Positions 1 to 13,100 of a stretch of DNA of 64,000 nt are shown here, in pieces (position 1 is the stretch's first letter; the number at the start of each line of letters is the position of its first letter). Under the pieces are notes generated by a model that did not search any database, was not told the origin of the DNA, and worked only from the letters and a program-made list of their open reading frames with translations. Source of the DNA: Eledone cirrhosa (Eukaryota); the NCBI GenBank assembly GCA_964016885.1, contig OZ024740.1, positions 308,884,001 to 308,948,000 on the forward strand, written 5' to 3'. The position numbers and the translations under genes were made by a program.

Positions 1-41
1 AAGGGTTAATTACAAATTGAAATTTATCAGATTCTACTTGC

Positions 42-216
42 CTTCATCTACTTCATGTTCAATATTTTCTGAATTTTCAGATTTTGCAGGAGTATGTAAC
101 TGTTCATCTTGGTGAAGCTGCCGCTGTGCATTATCTGCACAAACAATTATCACACAGAGCACAATGTATAAAACTGTGCCAAGGAAACACTTAAGAGTTA
201 AATTGATTCTTAACAT
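42..216 (-). CDS. First coding exon of an unidentified secreted or membrane protein; gene continues beyond the left edge
   Basis: Acceptor tttacag| before 240, ATG at 216. MLRINLTLKCFLGTVLYIVLCVIIVCA is signal-peptide-like and is followed by a hydrophilic stretch. Ends at AAG|GCAAGT (GC donor, phase 1). Confidence 0.6.
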
Positions 217-519
217 TGTAGCAGTTGGGAAGACCGTGAACTGTAAATACATTAGAAATCAATATAAAAGAAACTTTAAAACATTTACATTTGCCCATGG
301 AACATGTTTGTGCTTGTGTGTATTTTCATCTACAACCATTTAAGTGGGAGAAATAAAATGTGCTACATGTTGACTGAGGAAACCACATGTGAGTAAAGAC
401 ATTTGTGATAAGTAGCTAAAATTCTAGGATTTTGGGCCTCACAGATAGGATGACACAATGTTGAAAAAAATTAATTCTTTCATTACCATATTTCCATTGA
501 AATATAGCCCCTATGTTTT

Positions 520-875
520 TCAATTCTTCTTCGTCACAGGGGCAGAGTCCTTAAACATTCCTTCCAACAGGTCCTGTCAGAAGCAACCATCTCCAACTGA
601 TCTGACTGGATCCCCAAGTGAGACCAACCAAGCTCATGGATGTTATCCAACCATCTTGCTCAGGGTCTACCCCTGGGTCGCCTGCCGTTTGATTTTACCC
701 ATAAAATCTGTCTAGCGATTCTTTCCTCACATTCTAACCACATGCCCATAGTATCAGATCTGTGATCTCTCAATTCGGAGAAATAGCAGCTCCACCTGGG
801 CAGACACTCTGATCTCCAAGATACGCACTCTATCTAGTAACATTACTCCAAAAACCCTTCGGAGGAACACCATCA
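520..875 (-). mobile_element. RTE-type LINE 3' fragment, (GAA)n-tailed family
   Basis: Shares ggatgttatccaaccatcttgct and cagaagcaaccat blocks with copies at 8883-9040, 19910-20240, 35270-35760 and 37540-37722. Confidence 0.65.
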
Positions 876-2228
876 AAATATTTTCATGTTTTTCAATTAA
901 TTTTATAAATAATCAACAATTAGTAAAATAACTAACTATGTGAATAAACTGGAGTTTAGTATAAAACTTGAGATATTCTTCCATAACATTATTTTTATTT
1001 AAATATGAATACTTTAAAACAAGGTCTGTCATCATAGATTTTGGACAATTTTGATGATGTTTGTATCAACAATGACCATGATTTTCATGGAAGGATTCTA
1101 AATATCTTAACTCTTAACATCTAGTAATGACTGAGCAGAAAATGTCTAAAAACGGGTTTGTTAATTCAAATATTTAAAGTATCTTGTTGTGAGATTATTG
1201 CAAAAATTTACTGTAAATTGTGCTTAGTTGTTCATGCACTCTAACATTACACATCCAGCAGACATGCTAGCCTTGCACATGCACTGCATTCAATACCCAT
1301 GTCTCAGTACAATAACATGACACTTTATACACAAGTATCATATAATTTACCTTTCACTCAGAGAGAGATTCCCTTTGTTACAAACAAATATGGTAACTTT
1401 CTTAACTTCTTGCTTTTACAGTACACTCCTCCTCTACTAATTAAGTCACCCAGGTAACAGCTTATTTCACTGATACTCTTACTAACTACCGCTGTGTATC
1501 AGCCAAACACAAACTCTTTTTAATTTGTAAGCCTATGAGCCCATTACATCTTTTTTGCACTTATAATTTACACTGCAAATTGAGCGTGGCCATTTTTCTG
1601 ATGGCAGTATGATCCTGTCTTTTATACTACTTACTAAGACTGATCTTTTCCAAGTCTACTCAAAGGCCCTTCAATTCTATGTATCTGTTTGTCTCTGCTC
1701 TTCATATTTGATATCACTAAGCAGAGACAATATTTGTTAACATTTCACATAGAGGTTCCACTGTTCAGCTGATAAAGGTAAGAAAATACGCAACTTACGT
1801 AAAAAAAAAGAAAGTGAAGATTGGCATCAGGAAGGGCATCCATCTAGAATTCTACCTTAGAAAATCTCGTCCAAACCATGAAAACAGAAAAATGGACGCA
1901 AAACTGATAATTTGTGTCTTTCCTCTATTTCATTTTCCGTTTGTTCTTTTATGGTGAGCAACATCTTCACCTTTCCAATATGAGCTAGCTCCAACATAGA
2001 GGTGGATAAAGCTCTACTACTGTAAAGGGAGCTTGGTTTGTTAGTTCCAGAGCAGGATAAATCGACTCACAAACACACACTCACTGAAAACCTACCTCAA
2101 CAGTTTTATAGAAATTCGAAACTCACCGTACTTTTCAAATTCTATGTTAATTTGAAAGATGTCGGTACAAAAATAAATCCATACTACAGTGTCATTACTG
2201 TTTCCTTTAAACAGCTCAAATAGCAGAC

Positions 2229-2286
<58 letters not shown>

Positions 2287-2890
2287 TAAAGTGGGGATTT
2301 TCTTTTGTTTATTTTTTAAAAATTTTATCAAATGAAAATAAGATTGTATCAAGTGTAAGCTCAGTAACCATAGCAGTAAAACTATAAAACTATTGACAAG
2401 TGATCACCTAAGTCTTTGCCAACAAGTAATTTATTTTAATCTAAGGGGGTCGATATAATCAACTTATCCTTCCAACCTAAACTGCAGGCCTTGTGCTAAT
2501 TTTAGAAACAATCTTAACGACTATATATTGCTTAAATAAAGACTATCACCTACATACACAATATATTTGCAGCAATATAAAATAATAGTAATTATTATTA
2601 TATTATATTATTTAATTATTGACCACTACGGCCGATAATAGTAATTCCTTTATTGGTAATAATAAGCCAACTACTGATACGTATATTTTACTGATTATAA
2701 AATGTTAAAATATCCAAGTCTAATAAACTAACTTTACTGAACTTGCATCGTCATAGCTATCCAGTGATTACTATAATTACAAATAACTTATGGTGATGTG
2801 TTTTATAAAATAATAGCAATATTATATGTTTGTGTTTCTCATGTAAACAAATATGAGTGCATATGTATTTTGATAAGAGGTTGTACATAC

Positions 2891-3300
2891 CTGTGTCAAA
2901 TCACGGGAAATTCTTAGATTAAAATTCTTTAGATTTCTTTAAGCAATAATCAAAAGTAATTATAATACTTCTGATGTTACCTGGTTGAACAATATCATCT
3001 AATAACGTTTCTTCTCGTGTTTTTCTCCTAGCATGCCACGTAATAATCACTTTTATGTTCCGCCGGTGAACAACATCGCCATTGTAAATGAATATCTCTA
3101 ATTTGTCTTTTCTTCCTACATCATTTCTGTGTATTTCCCCCTTTTCTTTGACTTTAAATATCTTTCGAAAGAAATGAAATTTACTCAAGGTAATTTTCTT
3201 ATTTAAAGTTGTCACTGGGGTGTCAACAAAACATACATCAACTACACTAAATTAGCAGAGACCTTTCAACAGCTGGAAATATAGTCGCTCCAACTTCCGT
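2891..3300 (-). other. Putative non-coding first exon and promoter of the left-edge gene
   Basis: Donor CAG|GTATGT at 2891 on -, locally CpG-containing non-repeat sequence, ETS-like ACTTCCG near 3293. The 5' boundary is a guess. Confidence 0.35.
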
Positions 3301-3939
3301 TCTAAATAAATTTACTCCTCACTGTAACATCTGTGTCTTCCCTCCTTTCTCTCATACGACTACTTCCTTCTTTCGGTGAAATATAAATGTGAATTCTAAA
3401 ATAAATATTTCTTTTGTATTCTGTTGAACACACTCACGTATATGATCTTCCTGTAAATTGTTTAATTTTTTATTTACTTTTATTTTATTGAGAAAATGTC
3501 ACGAGAAAAAAAATCCTCTTGATGTGAATATTTATTATCCTCGTCACTAAGTATTTGGTGGTTGATTTAATATGCCACCACCTCTCGATTCTGAGGGTAA
3601 CTGCCTCCCCTGCTACCCTTCAGTCCTTGAGGTTCTAAAAGACTGTTATGGCAACTATCTTTCCTCCTCTGACAAAGTTATTAGAAAGAAACGTCACCTA
3701 ATTTTAATAAAATTTAATGTTTGAATCCAATGTGAAGATTGCATAGCACGGAGCTAATTGCTTTAAAGTGTTTGGTTTTGAATTTATTTTTTTAATATAA
3801 TAAATACAATTAATTATTGCTAGGAACCTCACAAATATAATACACAAAAATATATAATCAAAGCGAGAGAAAAAGAAAGAAAAAAAACACCAATTCACCA
3901 CCAAGTGCGACAATCGGTCACACACCAGAAAAGTCAACG

Positions 3940-4410
3940 GTAAATTTTGAGGCAAGCCATCACGCAGCATTACCGCGGGTGATGGCGTGGCTAAGGTGCT
4001 GAAATAACCAAGTACCCTTACTGGCATCACCTTGTACATCAGTAAGTCGAGCAACCAACGATGACAAGAACTTCGCTGTCAGCGGCCCAACTCCACCAAA
4101 CGTCACAGGCGAGAAAAATAGTTGTTTTAGGATTTTATTCCGTTCAGCAACGGAAGCAGTGGCCCTCACATTTACCGCAGCATCCATTTGAATAACATTA
4201 CAAATGCTTAGATAACATTATAAATTGCTCGCGATTCTTTCAGAAGGATATATTCTTTTAATGTTGCAATATTAAAGAAAATGTAAAGGAAGGGGTGAAC
4301 AACCGAGCCAACACCAGAGCAAAAAACAGCAGCGTCGCGAGGAGTACCGGGCAACCTCTCTAATGATTTTTGAGGCAAGCCAGCACACTCGTAGCGTTGC
4401 CTCGGGTGAA
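3940..4410 (-). mobile_element. Two CRE-clade-like non-LTR retrotransposon C-terminal remnants
   Basis: ORF 3960-4187 ends GPLTAKFLSSLVARL..GD..WLFQHLSHAITRGNAA, matching the CRE-type QRLSxAIxRGNA terminus. A second remnant, TRGNATSVLACL, lies at about 4370-4410. Confidence 0.6.
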
Positions 4411-5029
4411 AATCTCATTTAGCTTGCTTTTGTAATTCGTACCTACTAGAAAGATTGAAAAATCTTCAATTAATATTCACAACAGAATCAATATAACGTT
4501 TTGACAAAAATTAACCTTGTGTCTATTTTTTAAAAGAATCTATTTTTTTTATTCAGTGTAAACTTTATATTTACTTAAATGGTAAAGAGAGATTGGTATT
4601 GTGTGCTATTGTTCGTGTTATGCAGAATAATAAGTGTAATAAATATAGTTATTTCAGTATGGTTAACGTAGAATATTAGAAAATTGATTTACTGTCATAT
4701 TAAATATTGTTCGGAGATTTTGGAAGGTACATTTAGATTAAAAGTGATTATCAAAAGATTAACAATTTGCAGTAAGAAAGTAATCAGAGAAACAAAACAA
4801 AAAAGAAAGAACAAGCTTGAAATATAAATTATTTTCAAAGTACTTTTGAGAATACCTTCAGAAGTGTCTGTGGTTTGAATAATTCTCCTTCATCAGTTGT
4901 TGATTCAAGAATATGCTTTCAACCCTTACTGTTCCTTACTATTGTGGCAAGAAACAGTGGTACCTCTGAGAAATAGCCAGATATTTTAGTTTGCAACCAA
5001 GTGCCCTCTACTGGCTATCTTTCTGCCAG

Positions 5030-5625
5030 ATATTAACATGCAGTTGACTCCTGTTTATGTAGTTTTATATCTAATTTTGTGCTATAGTAATTTTCTATAC
5101 CTTCAAAGCTCAACATTGTTAGATGCCTTAGTCAGCTCAACCTGAGATCAAAACAATACTTCCTTATTTTTGTTGATTATTTTAATGTGCAGTTGACTTC
5201 TGCTTGTGTAGTTTTAAATCTAATTTTGTGCAATAGTAATTTTCTATACCTACTATCTCCTCTTCAAAACTCAATATTGTTAGATTCCTTAGTCTGTCTC
5301 AACTTGAGATCAAAATAACACATGGTTATTTTCAGTGATTATTTTATTGTGCAGTTGATCCCTACTTGTGCAGTTTTGAATCTAATTCTATGCAGTAAGT
5401 TTATATTTCGTGTTAAATACTACTATGCCTACATGGTAAATGATGGTTAAAAGACTTAACACACTTATAACTGTTTTTAAATATCCATTACAAATGATTC
5501 TCAGACTTAAAGAATATCAAACACTGGGCCATGGTACCTGCCTTAATGATTTGTGCAGTTCTAAAATGTCATTAAATACCTTCTATGATATTATCTGTGT
5601 TCAAATTTCAATTATATATTAACTC
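5030..5625. repeat. Interspersed repeat with its first ~150-160 bp triplicated in tandem
   Basis: tgcagttgac/t...tctaattt/c recurs near 5039, 5187 and 5350. A single-unit relative lies at about 51155-51400. Confidence 0.6.
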
Positions 5626-6247
5626 TTGGTTTAAAAGTAAAAGTTCTAAGTTTCAATTCAGACTAGTATGATGTACACATCCAAGAATAAGACATTTGAT
5701 TATGATTGCTAATCAAACTGCTTAAAAGATAATATTGAATAAATTTTCATCTCTAAAGTTGGGATGTATCATCTGAAAAATTATTGATGATATGGTCTCA
5801 TAACTCCTGATGAAGTTGTAGTGGTGTTGTATTGACATATGGCATTTCTTGGGCTTTTTTCAAGTCTGGTGAAGCCCATCCATCTCCAGGCCTGAGTATA
5901 GCAGATTTCTTTCAGAGAAGAATGGGAAGTGAGAAAGAGATATAGAGGAAGAATCCACCCAGTACTAGACTGGTATTTGTTATATCAACCTTGAAAAGAT
6001 GAAAGGCAAAGTTAACTATGGATAAGATCATGCCTTTTTGACGGGAAACTAATGGAGAGATAACCCTCTGATAACAAGGAATTTATAACTCTTGTACAAA
6101 ACCCTAGCTATGGCAGCCCAGAGAAACCCCGATTCACGACACCCACCAGGGCCATCTATGAACACTCACCAACAGGCACACATGAAAATAATACTTCAAA
6201 CTTTCCTGGAACCATACACTCAATATCATTGATATTATTAATATCCT

Positions 6248-6430
6248 TGGCAGTATCGGTAGAGTGTTGGATGCCATACTTTGCAGCATAGAGTTATGGC
6301 TCTTTACGTTCTGAGTTCAAATCTCTCCGAGATTAGTTTTGCCTTTCATCCTTATGGGATTGACAAAATAAAGCACCAGTATTGCACTGGGTAATTGCTG
6401 GCCTTGTGCCAAAAGTAGAAACAATTAATC
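6248..6430 (+). mobile_element. tRNA-derived SINE with Meta-domain-like core (multi-copy)
   Basis: A-box-like tggcagtatcgg, B-box gagttcaaatc, core ttgcctttcatcc..ggg..gataaaataaagtaccag. Other copies near 19220, 25420, 28660, 28920, 37240 and 40949. Confidence 0.7.
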
Positions 6431-6599
6431 TTATTGTTATTATGTTATGGAGACCACTATGTCCCTATAACTGGAACATCATATGTTAGTGATAATACTT
6501 AAACTTTACCATTAGTTGTTTTTTTTACTCTGCTTTATATGGCCCATCCCTGCCTTTTTGATATTATCATGATGATGATATATTGTATTTGATATTTTT

Positions 6600-7985
6600 A
6601 CTGACTCTCAAGCCTTTACTGTGAAAGCTGGAAATATTGCAGGACATCGCACTCAAACTGGGACATGAAGGGCTGTGTCGGCATATGCAGATGACATCAA
6701 TGTGATGGTGTCCAACACCTCAGAAATCGAGCTGGTCAGCACCTTCAAGATTGGCGGAACCAAAACTGAACATGGAAAAGTTGGTGGGTTTGTAGTTCAG
6801 CACCTGGAGAGGCAAATCCATGCCATTCAACAGGATTGTTGGATGCTGGACAGACAGGGGAAGTTATTCAGGGTCTGATTTGGACCAGACATCCAGGTGG
6901 ATAAGAGCTCGGATGAGGTAACAAGCAGGGTGACCATTCTCACCCATAAATAGGCCGTGAGAAAAATATCTCTGGAAGGTTGGGCAGAAGTGGCAAATGT
7001 ATACATGACGTCCATCATCTACTAGTGCCTTACCATCGAGCCTTGCCCCTCTTCGCACCTCAACAAATTGGAACATCTGCTCTTCTGCCTTTTGTGGAAA
7101 GGAGAAGTTCCATTGGTGAGGCAGTCCATCTGCTGCCAACATCCTCTATGCAGATGGCTGGGCATGTTGTGGCTGATGATGTGCAAACATTCGCTGAGGC
7201 TATGGCATCTTCAGATATTCTTAAATGGTGAACAGGTGTAGTTGCCATTTGTGAGACAGGCCTTTCCACAGCTCATCCCTTTGACTGAGCTGCAGTCCTG
7301 GGTCAAAAGGAAACCAAGACTGGGTGCTTGCATCAGGAATGTTGCCAGGCACTCACTGCCCTCCAACAGGTGGGCAATGTGATCAGTGGAAATTCCACTC
7401 TTGAATTTTATAGAAGGTTAGTGGTGGGCAAGTGTGATGATGCTCTTGGAGAAGTTCTGGGCATTGATGAAATCAAACTGACCAGTCAGTTCCAGAGGAC
7501 TTTTGATCTGGGGTCTATGGATAATTTCCAGAAATCCCTCACTTGGCAGTGCTACCGTTGGGCACTGCCAGTTCAAGATAAACTCTACAGGCATGGATGT
7601 GCGGTCAGACGGACATATCTGAAACGTGTGCAGAACGACTAAACTATCCTGCATGCACTCATCCAAGTGTCCATGCATTACTGACTTGAGGAGTTATGTT
7701 AAACAGCTGTTATCATGTGTAGGACAGATCCGGTTATCGACCAAGTCCTTAGTGAAAATTGTCCCACTGCCTTCTTTTAGCCAGGAAGGGCAGGCAATTT
7801 TCCTCTGCCTGCTGGCCGGAGCAAAAGTGGTTGTATGGTGGACCAGGTTGAAAGGAGTGAAGACACATCTTTCTCTTTGGCCAATCCCTCAACAACTTTT
7901 TCAAGTATCACTTGGAAAGGAAGGAGAGGAAAGTGCTGCCCCACCCCCTCCAGTACATTTGCTAAAGGGTGGGTGTATTTGTATG
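6600..7985 (+). mobile_element. 5'-truncated, degenerate Tx1/L1-clade LINE (RT C-terminal half plus zinc-binding region)
   Basis: SAYADDINVMV, FGPDIQV, MDNFQKSLTWQCYRWALPVQDKLYRHG; colinear with ORF2 at 59450-60821; many stops and frameshifts. Confidence 0.85.
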
Positions 7986-10041
7986 TTTTGAGTTAAATGT
8001 GTAAACGTGCATATGTTTCTGTATCTATGTGTGTGTATATGCAGTTATTACATGCTGAATTTCTGAAATGTTTTTCCATATTTTTACAGTTCTATTAATG
8101 GACTGTAGATGCAACTTCCTAATTAGAAACGCTCTTTCTGGTTCTGTGAAGGCCAGCTTATCAGGATTTGAATTGAGGCCATTATTAACATATCCAAGAG
8201 CTGTAATGATTACATGTACAAATCTAAAGGTATATACAGAGTGGAGTATTTGCAGAATTCACATTAGTTCAGCATAAATGTTTACTTTTTGCTAAACTTT
8301 AACACTATATTAATATCAGCTGGGCAGCTGATTTCCACTATTGTGCATGCCTTCTTTCCTTTGTCCCACATCACTATGTCTGGTTTGTTATGATTGCCTT
8401 TTATGGTGGGTTTTAACTGGAAGATTCCACCAGTACTCTTTCACATTATATATGCATACACCCTCTACATTGCTGTAACTTTTTATATTTTTATTCTCAG
8501 GACTATCCTTTCTACAGATTACATTGTATTGTGTTTTAGCCACTACATCATGCCTCATAGGTAGAAAGTATCATGATAACATATTTGGACAGCTCCTTAC
8601 AATGTCAGTGACATCTACAAAGTTTATTTTGCATAGTCTGCATCTGTTGTTACATCTGCATCCCTCTCTTTTTGCATTAGCTATTTCTAGTTCTTTTATT
8701 ACAAAAGTATATTCTTCAAAGGTATAATATACAAATTGTTGGTCTAACATCCAAGAGCAGAGAATAGAATCTAATGTTTTCCTGTAATCTGGCCAGACTG
8801 TGAACAAGTTTCTCCTGTGTCATTGTACCCCTGACTACTACTGCTGTTGTTGCTGCTGCTGCTGCTGTTACTACTACTACTACTTCTTCTCCCATTTATT
8901 TCTGTGAGGGTCATGAGGGCAGGACTCCTCAGGCATGTCATCCAGAGGGGCCTATCAGAAGCAACCATTTCTAATTGATCTGGCTAGATCACCAAGTGGG
9001 ACCAACTGATCTTATGGATGTTATCCAACCATCTTGCTCGTGGTTGATCATGACATTTGAATATTCTCAAACACCGACTCATGAACCTATGACTGAACCA
9101 TCGACAGTTGTTCATTAAGCAAACATACTTTCAAAGTTGTTCTCACTATGACCATCTCAGCCCATTTCTCTGGCATATGTTGCTCAGATGTAAAATTTCT
9201 TTTCCCAAACCCTGCAATTAAGTCGGTTGTCAACTGACTACACCCTTCAATTAAAAACATTTCCCCACTTTGAAATGATTTTGATCTCCATTAGACCTTT
9301 AAAATGTTTCATTATTCTCTAGTGTGTAATATTTATAGCTAAAGAAAATTTTTTAGCACATAATTTCCGTAGAATTTTGAAGTTGGTGAAAATCGACAAA
9401 ATATTGACCTCGAACATATGTCGAGCCCAATTACCATTATATCCCTGATATGAAATACATAATGTTAATAGTTTACCGACAGTGTTTACGTATTGTTCTT
9501 GATTTGTTTCGATACAACAATATGGAGAAGAAAAGAAAAGAAGTTGTATTGAGATAAAACTAGTTATTAATGTCTGAGCTTATTTTAAAATAATGACAAC
9601 TATAATGACGACAATAATAAAAAAGGGAAACAAAAGGAAAGAACGAATAGGGAAATATACAGAAAAAGAGAGAAAGATGTTTTTTGTCACATTTTTCTTG
9701 GCTTATGTATGGGTATTACGTCATAAAGCCGCAACTTTTAATAAAATAAAACAACGTCCACCACCACCAAATGTGTCATGTTTAATCAACAGAATCTAAA
9801 CCTCATAATCAAAAAATAAATAAGCTATTATGTTTGCTCGTACAAACGGAAGAAATAAAAATCAATACACGTGTTGAATGTATATTTCATTATAGCTGTG
9901 AAACTATCACTGCTTAACAGGTCATGAATTTTATGTTTCAAAATGTACATCACAATACGTTACTATGGTAATGACATCACCCAATGAAAATATTCTACGT
10001 CATAATTATCTCCCTTACACTCCATTTACTAACTTTAGAAT

Positions 10042-10191
10042 ATGGCGGAACACGAGGAAATGTCGCGGGAAAATGTTGATCAAGAAGAAAACATCACTAT
10101 GGTTGACTTTCTTAAGGAAGAAGAAAAACTCGAAGCTGATGCAAAAGCTGTTCTAGGTGGCAGTGATGCAAAAAACTGCACATATCCACAG
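10042..10191 (+). CDS. UBR7: UBR7 exon 1
   Basis: MAEHEEMSREN...AVLGGSDAKNCTYPQ, donor CAG|gtgag. Confidence 0.93.
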
Positions 10192-13100
10192 GTGAGCTCT
10201 AATAAAAGAAATATATGTTGATGGTAGATAAAATTTGCATTCAGTTTATTAAACCACACTTTATCTTTCTATAGATATAAACTTGAAATTAGTTGCATTC
10301 TTTTATACATTGCTTTCTCCCGATAGTCTTTTCGTTTTAGAAAAAAAATCACTTATTGTTTCTTTTTACGATATATTTTTGTTTGCATTTTTTTCTTATG
10401 TAACCCTTGGGTAATATATAATGTAAGCAATTTCTAAATGTACTCGGATGCATTGTGTATCTTTGCAAACAAATTGCCGATCATAATCAAAATAAACAAT
10501 TGTTGATTTGTATGTTAGAGATAAGAATTTCAATTCATTGTACGTTACTGGTAAAAACTGTCAAAATTCCGTTTTTTATTTATTTATGAACGGCATTTTT
10601 CTTTCTTTCTTTTTTTTTTTTCATTTTCGAATTTGCTAAACTAAAATAATTAAATCTCGAAGCTAATATCATTAGTTTGTATAATTTTTTTTTTTTTTTT
10701 TTACGAAAAAAAACAACAAAATCAAAACAAAAACGCCCGCCAATCTTCAAATACCTTTGCCACGAATCCTTGATTGTATCAAATCTCCACCATATTCAGA
10801 CGCAAAGAATTCGTCTGCTATATATATAATCAGAAAAAAGATACCGATATTCTTTAAATATTTGTGAATTTAAACATTATCAGCAGTTGCATCTCCATAC
10901 GTTCGAAATGCAATTTTATATCATATTTATTGGCTAGTCGACCAATGCCGAATCATCGAAAAGTCAATACATGATAGAATTGCAACGAAGAGAATGTAGG
11001 TTCTATCATAAAATGTAATAGTAGTGGACGTGTGCTGTTAATAATGACAGCAGTACAGTCGAACGTATTTAATTTCTGGAATTTAGGATGGTCTGCTTTA
11101 TATACCAAGATTACTGGATATATGAACGATCATACAAACTGGGAAAATATGCGTTTTGATAAATGAATGGTTTGCTTAAGAGAAACCGTATTGTATATGT
11201 TAATTAAAGATATGAATGATATTTTAATAGTTTATTTCTAGGATATAATTTCACAAACATTCAACTCATATGTGTAAATGATATAATGGATTAAACATAT
11301 GAGTAACTTGTGAGAAATAACTATTTACAGGAACAAATATAGGGTTTAAAACCTAGGACATTGGGATTGGAAAGTGAGCTTCACGTTGTAGTGGCATGAT
11401 TGAGAAAGGAAATGCGTTGTGTGTATAAGAAATGTATTGTGTAGAGATATAAATAAATATACAAACACACGTGTTGTATTATTATGGTTGATAAATCTAC
11501 AACACTGCTTAAACTGGGCAATATTTCCTTTATTTTCAGGGTTATCTTTCTCGTCAAGCTCTTTATGCTTGTTACACATGCAACCCTGATCCAGCCCGGC
11601 CTGCTGGAATCTGTCTTGCATGTAGTTATGATTGTCACGAAGGCCATGAATTATTTGAACTGTACACAAAGAGGTATGTTTTAGTATAATTTATCTATCA
11701 ATGATTTTTTTAAAAAACAAAGATCTCACTTAAATGTCATTTATAAAAAGGTTTTATTGTAAAAGATCCAAATGTCTTTTGTGGTTATGAAAACGGGGAA
11801 GGGAAAGGCAAGGGCTCTAGGGTTACAGAAGAATGGGAGGGTGGTGGGCTCTATGTGCACCGCAGACAAGACCACAAAAGCATTCTCGTGCACAATGGCC
11901 AGCGACACCTATTTCATGACATTTTCAGTATTGATGTTCATCTCATTTCTTTTTCAGTTATACATAGAAATTTTATTACAATTTAATATTGTTTTAGAAA
12001 TTACTTACATGGTTTTTTTTATTCCAAATTTTCAGTCATTAAAGACTCTTTTCAATAAATCAACCTCTAAGATTCTTTTTGATTGAGAAATCATAACGTC
12101 TCATGGCTGAAGGTTGGAATGTTAGAAAACTACTATTCCAACCTCCAGACATATGATTTCTCCAGTGAAAAGAATCTTAGAGACTGATTTACTGAAAATT
12201 TAGTATAAAAACCATGTTTTTATGATTTCATCACACATTATCTGGGTATTTATGTTTATAAATTTAAATTTATCAAAATGCTCTTTAAATTGCCTCAAAA
12301 TAATATTGTTTCTTTTTCTCTTTCAAGGAATTTTAGATGTGATTGTGGTAACAAAAAATTTTCAAACCGCTGCAAACTGTTTAGTGTAAGTTCAATATTC
12401 TAATTATTTTTTATTTATCTTGATATTTATTTTGACAACTCAATGTTTGTAAAGATCTTTATCCTTCAATTTTCTTTCTAATTTATAAATGCATTTTTTT
12501 TACACAGGAAAAATCTGATTTTAATGAACTTAACCAATACAGCCAAAATTTTACTGGTAAATATTGTACTTGTAAGAGGCCTTATCCTGACCCTGATGAT
12601 GATGTAAGTCATTTCTGTTTTATAATCTGTTATTTTAAAGTTGTTGTATCTGTGGTGTAAAAAGTCAGTCATGCTGGAATGGGGATGGTATGTGTGTTTG
12701 TGTGAGAGAAAGAGAGAACTAGGAGGGGAATGATGTCTATCATGCTGTGGAAAAGGGATGGGAGTGCACTCAAGAGAAAGAGAACTAAAAGAGGAATTAC
12801 TTTTATGAAAAACATTGTTTATCCTCAAATTAAGTAAAATATTCCATTTTGATAGATTCCTGTGTTAAATTTATTCAATTTATTTTGTTGTGCTGTATAT
12901 TTGTAATTAGTAGTTAGTACTGTATATATATTTGTTTGTGTGTGTAATAAACATTTAGGATGCCATATTGACCTTTAATACTTGATCTTTGTTTCTAATT
13001 AAACCATAGAATTTCCACTGAGTCAGCTAGTGTTAAATATATTATTCAGTGCATATACACATTCAAAATGCAGCAGATAAAAAAATACCTGGTGTTTCAC

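Noticed and set aside
9965-10156. 63-aa ORF upstream of and overlapping UBR7 exon 1
   Set aside because: Wrong frame; the UBR7 frame starts at ATG 10042. It could act as an overlapping uORF only if the TSS lies upstream of 9965, which is unknown.
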